From an uncultured bacterium (GTDB lineage Bacteria > Myxococcota_A > CAZTSL01): 64,000 bases of DNA. Shown here piece by piece: positions 38,292 to 47,569 of this stretch. Made by a program: the position numbers and the translations under genes. How positions within the stretch are numbered: position 1 is the stretch's first letter; the number at the start of each line of letters is the position of its first letter. The stretch lies in assembly GCA_964616915.1 (NCBI GenBank), contig CAZTSL010000006.1, forward strand, positions 3,929 to 67,928. The letters run 5' to 3'. Below the pieces are notes generated by a model that saw only the letters and a program-made list of their open reading frames with translations, made no database searches and was not told the DNA's origin.

Positions 38292-40292
38292 ATGAAATGG
38301 AAACATCTCGCTTTCATCCTTCTGGTGCTGATGACCGCGGCGCCCTCGATCCCCTTCTGCGAGCAGTCACTCGAGATCGTCGAGCCGCAGGACGGTGCCG
38401 AACTCAACACGATCGAAGAGATCGTGATCACCTACTCGGAAGGGGTGGACGAATCGACGCTCAACGTCCTCGTCAACGGGGAGCCGATCACCCAGTTCTT
38501 CGACATCGGGCCCACCGAGGCACGTGTGGCGGGCGAGGAAGTCGTCAACATCCTTCGCCAGGGTCAAAACGTCCTCTCCGCGGTCGCCCAGACGGAAAAC
38601 GGAACGGCGCCGCCCAGTGACACGGTGACCTTCTTCTTCGACTCCAAAGCCCCGAGGATCATGTTCGACGCGCTCACGACGAATGAACAGACCGGAGAGA
38701 TCACGCTCTCCGGCACGATCACGGATACGACGGAGATCACGACCTTCACGATCAACGACGTAGCGCCGGAGCGTTCGGATTCGAGCTTCACCGTCACCCT
38801 TCCCGACACGAACCTCCTCCATGTGTTGGCCACGGATCGTCTCGGCAACACGTTGGACCGGATCTTCGCCCGTCCCGGCACCCGGTTCGAATCGGGGCTC
38901 CTGATGCGGGTGATGGAGGGGACGCTGGCTTTCTTCGTGCCGCAGCTCGAGAGCGATCTTGCCGCCGTTCCCCTCTTCGACCGGATGCCGGTGCCGGTGG
39001 CCCAGGGGCAGACCGACACGGGCACGCCGCCGCTGCCGACCGATTACACGGCCACGGTCACCTCGCTTGCGCACGATCCTGCGACCGTCGATTTCCTGGC
39101 CGACGATCAGCGTCCGGCCACCCTCGTGACGCGTGCGACCTACCCGAACATCACGATCGGGCTCACGGTCGAGATGACGCGGGATGGCCAGAACACGACG
39201 GCCAACGTCACGATGGCCATCCCCCAGGCGCTCATCGAGGACCGGATCACCGTGGGGACGGATGGCATCTACTTCGTGGGCCAGTCGCACAGCTACGCCG
39301 TCACGCTCGGGACGGTCACCCTTTCCGGTGATCCCCTGCCCCCCGAGATCGAGCCGTTGATCGAGAGCGCGGTCTCCGATGCGCTCTCCGCCGTCCTGGT
39401 CAGCGTTGCGGAGGACCTCTTCCCTCCCTTCGTCGATGCGACACTCGCTGCGATCTCCTACGACACCCAGGCGGAGATCACCCTCTCGGGGCAGTCCTTC
39501 ACGATCCAGATGAATGCCACGGCGAACATGCTCATTACGGAGAACGAGGGCGCCACGTTCCATCTCGATTCGCTGAACCACACCGATTCCTTCTCCCCCG
39601 ACGTTTCGTTCGTGCCCGGTTCCATCTTTACCCCGAGCGATCCGCCGGAACTCCCGGCGCTCACGCCGATCGACGGGCTCGTCTACGATTTCGCCGTCTC
39701 CCTCTCCGACGACTGGTTCAACCAGTACGTGTACCACATCTACGACAACGGCACCTTCGACTACGAGGAGAACACCACGGTATCCGCGTTGCTCGGGGAT
39801 ATCATTCCACAGGAGATCCTCGATCTGCTGCCCGGGGACGATCTGAGGATCCTCCTCTACATGGAGGATACCCCCTCTATCGGCTTCGATTTTCCCGGGG
39901 AGACCACGGTGATCTACATGCCGCGGATGCAGATGGATGCCTTCATCAAGGATGACGATACCGGGGAGTACATCCTCTTCTTCTCCGTCAATCTCGACGC
40001 GACCCTCCCGGCCACGGTGGAGATCCTCGATGGAGGGGCGAGCATCTTCTTCGTCTTCTCGGAGACGGGCATGATCTCCCTCAACACGATCCAGGTGGGA
40101 CGGATCAATCTCCCCACCGCCCTGATCGAGGATATGGTCAACGCGATCCTGCCGGAGTTCCTGCCGCGGATCGGCGACTCGATCGGCGTCGTTCCGATCC
40201 CCACGATCGAAGGGGTCACGGTCCTCCTCGTCGAGCTTGCCCCCGACGGCCCCGATCTCGACTATCTCACGATCTTCTCGATCCTCCAGTAG
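38292..40292 (+). CDS. uncharacterised secreted protein (666 aa) with N-terminal Ig-like domains and a ~400 aa C-terminal domain of unknown fold
   Basis: Signal peptide MKWKHLAFILLVLMTAAPSIPFC. Tandem Ig-like segments (...LEIVEPQDGAELNTIEEIVITYSEGVDESTLNVLVNGEPI... and ...FTVTLPDTNLLHVLATDRLGN...). The GAGGAA SD is well placed. GC is slightly below the window average. Confidence 0.5.
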   Translation: MKWKHLAFILLVLMTAAPSIPFCEQSLEIVEPQDGAELNTIEEIVITYSEGVDESTLNVLVNGEPITQFFDIGPTEARVAGEEVVNILRQGQNVLSAVAQTENGTAPPSDTVTFFFDSKAPRIMFDALTTNEQTGEITLSGTITDTTEITTFTINDVAPERSDSSFTVTLPDTNLLHVLATDRLGNTLDRIFARPGTRFESGLLMRVMEGTLAFFVPQLESDLAAVPLFDRMPVPVAQGQTDTGTPPLPTDYTATVTSLAHDPATVDFLADDQRPATLVTRATYPNITIGLTVEMTRDGQNTTANVTMAIPQALIEDRITVGTDGIYFVGQSHSYAVTLGTVTLSGDPLPPEIEPLIESAVSDALSAVLVSVAEDLFPPFVDATLAAISYDTQAEITLSGQSFTIQMNATANMLITENEGATFHLDSLNHTDSFSPDVSFVPGSIFTPSDPPELPALTPIDGLVYDFAVSLSDDWFNQYVYHIYDNGTFDYEENTTVSALLGDIIPQEILDLLPGDDLRILLYMEDTPSIGFDFPGETTVIYMPRMQMDAFIKDDDTGEYILFFSVNLDATLPATVEILDGGASIFFVFSETGMISLNTIQVGRINLPTALIEDMVNAILPEFLPRIGDSIGVVPIPTIEGVTVLLVELAPDGPDLDYLTIFSILQ

Positions 40293-40295
40293 CGT

Positions 40296-41588
40296 TCATT
40301 CTACCGGAGCGAGGGGGACCTTTCCCCCTCCGCTCCCCCCCCCGCCAGAGGCCTGGGGGCAGGGCAGGTCGGTTTGCGGCGTGGGATTTCCGGGGAAGAA
40401 ACGCTCGAGGGCGAGGCGGGCGATCGAGCGGCCGATGGAGAGCGCCGCGGTCGCCGCGGGGGAGGGGGCATTGAGGACGTGGATCGAAGCGGGGGTGAAG
40501 CGGATCTGGAAGTCGTCGAGGAGACGGCCGCGGCGGTCCACGGCCTGGGCGCGAACACCCGTTCGGGCAAAGACGACGTCTCGTGGCCGGACCTCGGGAA
40601 CGAGGCGCTGAAGCGCGCGCACGAAGGAACGCCGGGAGAGGGAGCGGAGGTATTCCGCCATCCCCGTGCGCCCGTATCGCCCGACCATCCGCCAGAATCC
40701 GGGATACCGGAGGATCTCGCAGGTGTCGCGGAAGGAGAAACTCGTCTTGCGGTACCCCTCCCGGTGAAGGGAAAGGAGGGCGTTGGGCCCCGCCTCCACC
40801 TCCCCTGTGACCGTGCGGGTGAAGTGGACCCCGAGGAAGGGGAAGGCCGGATCGGGCACTGGATAGACGAGGTTGCGCACGAGCCCGCGTCTTTCAGCGA
40901 TGAGCGCGTAGAACTCGCCCCGGAACGGGATGATCCGGATCTCCGGCTCGATCCCGCACATCCGCGCGATCCGGTCGGCCTGGAGCCCTGCACATCCGAT
41001 GAGGTGACGCGCCGTGATCGTCTCCTCGGGGGTGACGATGTGGAAACGGCCGGCATGGCGTTCGATCCCGACGACGCGCCGATGCGTGGCGATCGTCCCT
41101 CCCCCCGAGCGGACGTATCGGGCCATCACCTCGGTGACCCGCCCGAAGTCGGTGATCCCGGTCTGGGGCACGAAGAGGGCTGCGATCCCCCGTACATGGG
41201 GTTCGTATTCCTCGATCTCCTCCGGCGAGAGGCGGCGCAGCCCCTCGAGGCCATTGGCGCGCCCCCGCCGGAGAAGTTCCTCGAGGTAGGGGACCTCCTC
41301 CGGTCTCGTGGCCACGACGAGTTTGCCGCAACGCTCGTGGGGAATCCCGTTCTCCCGGCAGAAGTCGTAGAGACGCTTCCGCCCCTCGACGCAGTTGCGC
41401 GCCTTGAGGGAGCCGGGAGGGTAGTAGAGACCGGCGTGGATCACGCCGCTGTTCCGGCCGCTCTGGTGGGCCGCGAGACGCTCTTCCGCTTCGAGCACGA
41501 TGCAGGAGCGGTGCCGGTAGAGATGGTAGGCGGTGGCGATCCCCACGATCCCCCCGCCGACGATCGCGATCTCGAACGCTTCCCCCAT
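40296..41588 (-). CDS. FAD-dependent oxidoreductase, L-2-hydroxyglutarate oxidase/dehydrogenase (LhgO)-like
   Basis: N-terminal Rossmann IAIVGGGIVGIATAYHL, with DAO-family features (...RNSGVIHAGLYYPPGSLKA...). Confidence 0.7.
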   Translation of the reverse strand: MGEAFEIAIVGGGIVGIATAYHLYRHRSCIVLEAEERLAAHQSGRNSGVIHAGLYYPPGSLKARNCVEGRKRLYDFCRENGIPHERCGKLVVATRPEEVPYLEELLRRGRANGLEGLRRLSPEEIEEYEPHVRGIAALFVPQTGITDFGRVTEVMARYVRSGGGTIATHRRVVGIERHAGRFHIVTPEETITARHLIGCAGLQADRIARMCGIEPEIRIIPFRGEFYALIAERRGLVRNLVYPVPDPAFPFLGVHFTRTVTGEVEAGPNALLSLHREGYRKTSFSFRDTCEILRYPGFWRMVGRYGRTGMAEYLRSLSRRSFVRALQRLVPEVRPRDVVFARTGVRAQAVDRRGRLLDDFQIRFTPASIHVLNAPSPAATAALSIGRSIARLALERFFPGNPTPQTDLPCPQASGGGGSGGGKVPLAPVE

Positions 41589-41610
41589 GACGACCGCGCT
41601 CCTTGCGGGA

Positions 41611-43710
41611 TCATCGGGGGTGCGGCGACAGGAAGGCTCGCAACGCCGCTTCTCCCGGATCCTCGAGGCCCGGCGCCGAGGAGACGACGATCGCCCGGTC
41701 GGGACCGGTCACGAGCACAACCCGCTCCCCCAGGGAGAGCGCCTCCGCCAGGTCGGGACGCTCTTGCCGGAGGCGAAGATAGGTGGGCGAGTCGTAGGGG
41801 AGATGGAGCGTCGCCATCCCCGGTCGGAAGGTCCGATCGAGCCAGATGTCGTGATAACGCCGGAAGGCGCGATCCCCGACCTTCCGGATCCGTGCCTTCC
41901 TCCGTTGCACCGATCGGTCGCATCGCGCCAGAGCGGTCGTCTGCCCCGACATTCTCGACCGGCCAGGGGAACGGATGGAACGCCGCGCCGGCGCCGGCGC
42001 CGGGTGCGGAGAGAAGAAAGTCGGTGATTGCGAACCCGCCCTTCCCTCTTCGGTGAAGCGAGTACGAGGCCGCCGGGGGAAATCCCTTTCGCGGGTCGCC
42101 ATCACGCGGGAAGCCGACGAACGGCTCTTCCAGAGGCGTTCGACGAAGGGGTTCTCCCGATCCTCCTTGGGAAATACGCCTTTCCAACGGTAGCGTTTCA
42201 CCTTCCCCCCGAGATTCCCCGTGAGGGTGATGCGTGCCTTCCCCACACCGGTGTAACGGCCGAGCACGATCAAGGAACTCCCCGCCGAAAGGTCGGGGAG
42301 GGGAGCGGGGCGAACATCGAAGAGTTCGACCCCCCGCGCGCTCAAACGGAGATCGGTCAGGCAGGGCTGATGGATCCGGCGCATCAAACGGCGGATCACG
42401 AAGGAATGTTCGATCGAAGGATCGATGAAGTCCGCGGTGCCCCGATGCGCGCGGGCCAGCGCTTCGAGGAGGCCGCTGTTGACCGGTCCCCCGATCCCGA
42501 TGGGGAAGATCCGGGTACCTGCGGCGTCATGCCGGGCCAGGAAGGGGAGGAGGCGTGCCGGGGTGCGCCAGCCGATCGTGGGAAAGCCATCGGAGAAGAG
42601 GAGGAGGATCCGCTCCCGCTCAGGATCGGACGGAACATCGAGTGCCGTGCGCAACGCTTCCTGAAGGGCGCTCCCTCCCCCAGCCCGAAGCTGCTCCACG
42701 AATGCCATCCCGCGCCGCACGTTCGCCTTGTTCACCGGCCAGAGTTCCCCGTCGAGCCGATCGACGCGGGTGGCGAAGGGGACGAGCATGAAACGGTCGC
42801 CGGGGGAGAGGAGGGAGAGCGCCTCGATGACCGCGGCCTTGGCCCACGCGAGCTTCTCACCCCGCATGCTTCCCGACGTGTCGAGGAGAAAGAGGAGATC
42901 CTTCGGTTTCTCTCTCCCGGCTCCCTCGGGGAAGGGGGGGCGCAGCGTCATGAGAAAGTAGCCCGCTTCCCCGGGACGCCGGAAGGTGCGCAGATCGAAG
43001 GCCTCCTCCTCCCCCCGCGCCATGGCGTAGAGAAGGAAATCCCGTTCGAGCGCTTCCCCCTTCCCCTGGAACGAGATCCGGGCGGAATGCGCGTCCTTGC
43101 GGTAGATCCCCACCTCGTGCGTCGGGGAATAGACGTTGCCCAGGGGGAAGGGCGCCCGAAGATCGACCGTCAGGGTGAAGGTGCTCCGCTCCGATACGGT
43201 TCCCCGGGTCACGGCCATCGGATATCGCAACTCCGCGATCCCCTGATCGTAGGGGATCACCTCTTCGTAGCGGATCTCGATCTCCACCCGTTCCCCCGGC
43301 GCGACCGGGTCGATCCGCGTCGAGAAGAAACGGTGGTCTCCATAGGCGAGGAAGGGGAAGGGAGTTCGCGCAGTTTCCCCTTCCCCCGCGAGGGTGAGGT
43401 CCCCTTTCCGGCGTTCTCCGTTCACGGAGAGGGCGACGCTGGCGACCACCGCATCCCGGGGGAGGGGGAAGAGGAAGATCGCGGCCGTCGTCCGGCCCGA
43501 AACATTCCGGAAGACCTCCCGGGCGCGCGTTTCCGCAAGCGTTTCCGCCACCGAGGCGGTCACCTCGTGCCGTTCGAGCAGGAAGGGGGAAATCTGTCGA
43601 TCGATCGGCAACACCAACCCATGCGCGTCGCTGCGTCCGGGGATGGCGATCCCAAGGATCAGGGCAAACCCGAAAAAGAGTCGCCCCAACGGATCCCGTC
43701 TTTCCCTCAT
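41611..43710 (-). CDS. secreted VIT (vault inter-alpha-trypsin) + von Willebrand factor A domain protein
   Basis: Internal ATG gives the signal peptide MRERRDPLGRLFFGFALILGIAIPGRSDA. The VIT region lies upstream of VWA MIDAS LLFLLDTSGSMRGEKL. The C-terminal ~200 aa is low-complexity Arg/Ser/Pro-rich, so the extent of the 3' end is uncertain. Confidence 0.6.
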   Translation of the reverse strand: MRERRDPLGRLFFGFALILGIAIPGRSDAHGLVLPIDRQISPFLLERHEVTASVAETLAETRAREVFRNVSGRTTAAIFLFPLPRDAVVASVALSVNGERRKGDLTLAGEGETARTPFPFLAYGDHRFFSTRIDPVAPGERVEIEIRYEEVIPYDQGIAELRYPMAVTRGTVSERSTFTLTVDLRAPFPLGNVYSPTHEVGIYRKDAHSARISFQGKGEALERDFLLYAMARGEEEAFDLRTFRRPGEAGYFLMTLRPPFPEGAGREKPKDLLFLLDTSGSMRGEKLAWAKAAVIEALSLLSPGDRFMLVPFATRVDRLDGELWPVNKANVRRGMAFVEQLRAGGGSALQEALRTALDVPSDPERERILLLFSDGFPTIGWRTPARLLPFLARHDAAGTRIFPIGIGGPVNSGLLEALARAHRGTADFIDPSIEHSFVIRRLMRRIHQPCLTDLRLSARGVELFDVRPAPLPDLSAGSSLIVLGRYTGVGKARITLTGNLGGKVKRYRWKGVFPKEDRENPFVERLWKSRSSASRVMATRERDFPRRPRTRFTEEGRAGSQSPTFFSPHPAPAPARRSIRSPGRSRMSGQTTALARCDRSVQRRKARIRKVGDRAFRRYHDIWLDRTFRPGMATLHLPYDSPTYLRLRQERPDLAEALSLGERVVLVTGPDRAIVVSSAPGLEDPGEAALRAFLSPHPR

Positions 43711-43923
43711 GGCTCCCTCCAGGTGAAACGTCACGTCGTCAGGGGCGGTTCTTGCCGTGTGGCTCCGGCGTAGCCCTCGCCTTCCCGGCGCAGGCCCCGC
43801 TCCGGGAGTCCGGCTCCGCCGAAGGGGGATCTCGACGCCGGCACTCACGAGATCTCCCTTATTCTACCAGAATCGCCGCCGATTGGAAAACGTTACGACA
43901 TGACGACGATGCGCGAAGGCGCC

Positions 43924-44826
43924 TCACCTGCGTCTTGCGCTCCCTTCTTCGGACCGGCTACGGCGCAGGAGGAGGGGAAGGAGGAGCGTGGGGAGCAAGA
44001 GGAACGATCCGAAGGAGACGCCACCCGTCATCTGCGCTGCGCAGGGTGCGCAGAAATTGCTCTGGTTCGGATCCTCGGGTGCGCAGTCGCACACGTCGCC
44101 CGCTCCATCCTGATCGAGGTCGCTCTGATTCGTGTTTTCGTCGCTGGGACAGTTGTCACGTTCATCCACGATCCCGTCACCATCGCCGTCGGGGGCGGCC
44201 ACGATCTTGACGGGTTCGCTCAGGCTTGGCAACTCGACGAGTTCGTCACTCCCCATGCCGACACGGGCGGCCCACTTCGTGATGCCGGAGAAGGGGCGGG
44301 ATACGTCGATCCAAAAGGAGAACTCTGTATCCTCGAGTCCCCCGATGGCGCCACCATCGGTGCAGCAGGTCGCCCATCCCCAGACCCCCTTCGCACTCGG
44401 GGCGGAGACCGTGAATTCCCCGGGATCGTCACTCACGGCGAGCGTTGCGGTATCGGGAAGGCCCGTCTCTTCCTCCGTCTTGGGCCCGATCGTGAAGGTG
44501 ACGGCGCCGCCATTCGGATCGGAGGGTTTGTCGTGGATGATCACGAGGCCAAGGCTTCCGTCGTCCGTGTCACGATAGAGGAAGAATTGGCTCAACTCCG
44601 CAACTTCCAGACCGGTATCCGAACTGGCATAGACCGCGTTGTCGTAATCGTAGAACTCGGAAAGGCTCTTCGTCCCTTCCAGAACGGGCAGATCGACGGA
44701 GAAGGCGGGAAGACCCTCCGAGGTCTCTCCCTGTTCCGCATAGTAACCGATCTGGGCCAAGAGGGTTGTGGAAAATGCAAAGGTTCCCAGCACGATCGAA
44801 AGAACGAGTAACTTTTTCATCGGCAT
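43924..44826 (-). CDS. secreted protein with thrombospondin type-3-like Ca-binding repeats and a C-terminal hydrophobic/Arg-rich sorting-signal-like tail
   Basis: Internal ATG gives the signal peptide MPMKKLLVLSIVLGTFAFSTTLLAQ. TSP3-like repeat DGDGDGIVDERDNCPSDENTNQSDLDQDGAGDVCDCAPEDPNQ. The tail GGVSFGSFLLLPTLLLPLLLRRSRSEEG resembles PEP-CTERM/exosortase-type signals. Confidence 0.55.
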   Translation of the reverse strand: MPMKKLLVLSIVLGTFAFSTTLLAQIGYYAEQGETSEGLPAFSVDLPVLEGTKSLSEFYDYDNAVYASSDTGLEVAELSQFFLYRDTDDGSLGLVIIHDKPSDPNGGAVTFTIGPKTEEETGLPDTATLAVSDDPGEFTVSAPSAKGVWGWATCCTDGGAIGGLEDTEFSFWIDVSRPFSGITKWAARVGMGSDELVELPSLSEPVKIVAAPDGDGDGIVDERDNCPSDENTNQSDLDQDGAGDVCDCAPEDPNQSNFCAPCAAQMTGGVSFGSFLLLPTLLLPLLLRRSRSEEGSARRR

Positions 44827-45186
44827 CCTCCGAAGTCGAGACACGATATTCCTCCCGAAGGGACTCCTTCCATGAGACCCGATTTCGTGTCTCCTGTCAA
44901 GGAACCCGCAGGAGGGGCGCACGTCACCAGGGGAAGGCTGCGGGAGGTGGATCGTGGCACTGCATGAGGGCACCTCTTCCGAGGAACTGGGGAAGAATCC
45001 CACGATTCCGAGACGACCTCGTACCGGAGATTGCGGCCAGTGGGGGGAAGGTGGTATAGTCGGAAGGGAGATCATCCAGCCTGTGGCACCGCCAAGGTGT
45101 GCGCCACAGGCCGAAGGGGTGGACACGCGACGGATCGTCTCCGGAGCCTCGAGGATCGGTTCCGGAGGGAGAGAGAGGAGCGGAAG

Positions 45187-46266
45187 ATGGCACGCGTGCT
45201 CGTAACGGGCGCCACTGGATTCATCGGAAGACATCTCGTGCGGCGGTTACGGGAAGAGGGTCATGCGGTCACGGCGCTATGCCGACGGGAGGATCCCGCC
45301 CTCCGGGCGGAAGGGGTCACCATCGAGATCGGGGATATTCTGGTGCCAGAGAGCGTCGAAGGGGCGGCCCGCGGCCGTGAGGTCCTCTTCCACCTGGCCG
45401 GCCGGGTGAGCCGGGACCCCCACGACGCCGAGGCGATGATGCGCCTCCACGTGGAAGGGACGGAGCAGACCCTTCGAGCCGCCCACGCCGCCGGGGTGCG
45501 CCGGGTCGTCCATATGAGCACGAGCGGCACGGTGGCGGTGAGCGAGGATCCCAACAAGATCGCAACCGAGGAGGATCCCCCTCCCATCGGGATCATCGGC
45601 CGATGGCCCTACTACCGGAGCAAGCTCTTCGCGGAAGAACGGGCCTGCGAGCTTGGGACGACCTTGCCCGGTCTCGAAGTCGTGGTGCTCAATCCGACGC
45701 TCGTGCTCGGCCCGGGGGACGAGAGGGGATCGAGCACGGGGGATGTGCGACGTTTCCTTGCGGGCCGGGTGCCGGCAGTACCGCGGGGAGGGCTGAGCTT
45801 CGTCGATGTCCGGGATGTGGCCGAAGCCGCGCTCCTGGCGATGGAGAAGGGGGTGGGGGGGCGGCGTTACCTCCTGGGCGCGTGCAACCTCACGCTCCAG
45901 GAGTTCTTCGCCCGGCTGGCCCGCATCGCGGGACTCACCCCCCCGATCGAGCTGCCCCGTCCCGCGGCGCTGACCGACCTTTCGATCGCCCTCCTCGATC
46001 GGGCCTCCCGTCTCGTGGAGGGGGAAGAGGCCCCCGAACGCGCGAGCATCGAGATGGCCCACTACTACTGGTACCTCGATCCTTCCCGGGCGAAAAGGGA
46101 ACTCGGATGGGTACCGCGGGATCCGCTCGATACCCTCTCCGACACGGTGCACGATCTCTACGAGCGGGGCGCCGTGGAGCGACGTTTGCCCGGCCTTGCC
46201 GCCCGGTTGGAGGAGACCGGCCGCACTGTCCTCTCCCGTTTCTTCGACCGGATCCGGACCCCCTGA
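45187..46266 (+). CDS. NAD-dependent epimerase/dehydratase (extended SDR) family protein
   Basis: MARVLVTGATGFIGRHLVRRL, i.e. Rossmann GxxGxxG, with the YxxxK region (...WPYYRSKLFAEE...). Confidence 0.75.
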   Translation: MARVLVTGATGFIGRHLVRRLREEGHAVTALCRREDPALRAEGVTIEIGDILVPESVEGAARGREVLFHLAGRVSRDPHDAEAMMRLHVEGTEQTLRAAHAAGVRRVVHMSTSGTVAVSEDPNKIATEEDPPPIGIIGRWPYYRSKLFAEERACELGTTLPGLEVVVLNPTLVLGPGDERGSSTGDVRRFLAGRVPAVPRGGLSFVDVRDVAEAALLAMEKGVGGRRYLLGACNLTLQEFFARLARIAGLTPPIELPRPAALTDLSIALLDRASRLVEGEEAPERASIEMAHYYWYLDPSRAKRELGWVPRDPLDTLSDTVHDLYERGAVERRLPGLAARLEETGRTVLSRFFDRIRTP

Positions 46267-46345
46267 GCTGACCGGGGCGTCGCGGCGGTGCAAGTGGCCT
46301 TCCCGGACGAATGGGGAGGCACCGTTTCGGCAGATGGAGAAGCCG

Positions 46346-47554
46346 ATGATACGAACGAAACGCGTTTCCCTCTGGATTCCGCTCCTCGTCGGATCTCTCG
46401 GATACCTCCTCGGGTTCGTCGGCTGCTCGGGAGGGGGAAGCGGGGAGGAGGCTTCGGGGGCCGAAAGCTTCGGGGGCGCGGAGAGCGCTGTGCCCCAGTC
46501 CGCGGAAGGGGGAAGTGATACGACAGAAAGTTCCGGAGAAAGCGGGGAGACCTCGTCCCCTCCCGATACCGACGGCGATGGCCTCCTCGATCCGGAGGAC
46601 AACTGTCCCGAGGTCGCCAACCCCGGCCAGGAGAACCACGATTTCGACGCCCACGGCGATGCCTGCGACAACTGCCCGGAGGAGAACAACGAGAACCAGC
46701 TCGACACCGATCTCGACGGGGTGGGGGATCTTTGCGACAACTGTCCGGCCCAGGTCAACCCCGGCCAGGAAGACGAGGATCACGACCGGATCGGCGATCC
46801 GTGCGACCCGGTCGACGACTGTCCCGACGACGTCCTCCCTTCCCGCGATCTCTCCGGCACCTACCGTTACCGGGCGGAGATGGTCTTCGAGGAGCTTCCC
46901 TACGATCCGGAACAGATCATCGCGCTCCTCGAACGGATCATCCGGCTCTCCGATCTGACCGACGAACAGAAGGAGGCCCTTCTCGAGGCGCTCGCCGAAC
47001 TCGAAGCGATCCTCTCCGATCCCTCCTTCTCCGGTTCGCAACGCTATACGCAGGAAGGGCCCGATCTCCTCTCCTGGTGGGAGGTCGATCACTTCAGCAC
47101 GCAGCCGTTGAGCGAGAGTTTCCTCCTCTTGCAGGAGGCACCCGGCTGCTTCCAGACGCCCGAAGGGTTCCGGTTGATGCCCACACCGCTGGAGATCGAC
47201 ATGACGGCCCTCATCATCGATGCAACGCTCACCTTCATGACGACGGTCGTGGAGAGCGTCGTGGAGGATCCCGATCAGCAGGCGGCGATCCTTGCCGCGA
47301 TGACGTTGATCCTGACCGATCCGGCGGTCCAGGAATCGATCGCCAGGGTTTTTGGGGACATCGATGTCGATACGATGACGATCGGCGGCCCGGTGAACCT
47401 CACCCCTGATCCGGCCACGATCGCCGGTACGCTCACGCTCCACGTCGAGCCGGGGGAGGGGAGTGACACCGAGCCCTCCGACATCCCCCTGGAGTATTCG
47501 GCCACCCACCAGGAGGAATCGCTTCAGAAGCGATTCATGAAGGATGCTCCATAG
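46346..47554 (+). CDS. lipoprotein with thrombospondin type-3-like Ca-binding repeats
   Basis: Internal ATG MIRTKRVSLWIPLLVGSLGYLLGFVGC (lipobox-like). Repeats DTDGDGLLDPEDNCPEVANPGQENHDFDAHGDACDNCPEENNENQLDTDLDGVGDLCDNCPAQVNPGQEDEDHDRIGDPCD. Confidence 0.6.
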   Translation: MIRTKRVSLWIPLLVGSLGYLLGFVGCSGGGSGEEASGAESFGGAESAVPQSAEGGSDTTESSGESGETSSPPDTDGDGLLDPEDNCPEVANPGQENHDFDAHGDACDNCPEENNENQLDTDLDGVGDLCDNCPAQVNPGQEDEDHDRIGDPCDPVDDCPDDVLPSRDLSGTYRYRAEMVFEELPYDPEQIIALLERIIRLSDLTDEQKEALLEALAELEAILSDPSFSGSQRYTQEGPDLLSWWEVDHFSTQPLSESFLLLQEAPGCFQTPEGFRLMPTPLEIDMTALIIDATLTFMTTVVESVVEDPDQQAAILAAMTLILTDPAVQESIARVFGDIDVDTMTIGGPVNLTPDPATIAGTLTLHVEPGEGSDTEPSDIPLEYSATHQEESLQKRFMKDAP

Positions 47555-47569
47555 GCGTCCGCTTTCGTC

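Noticed and set aside
40374-43773. 560 aa and 581 aa plus-strand ORFs
   Set aside because: They are antisense to the LhgO-like and VIT-VWA genes.
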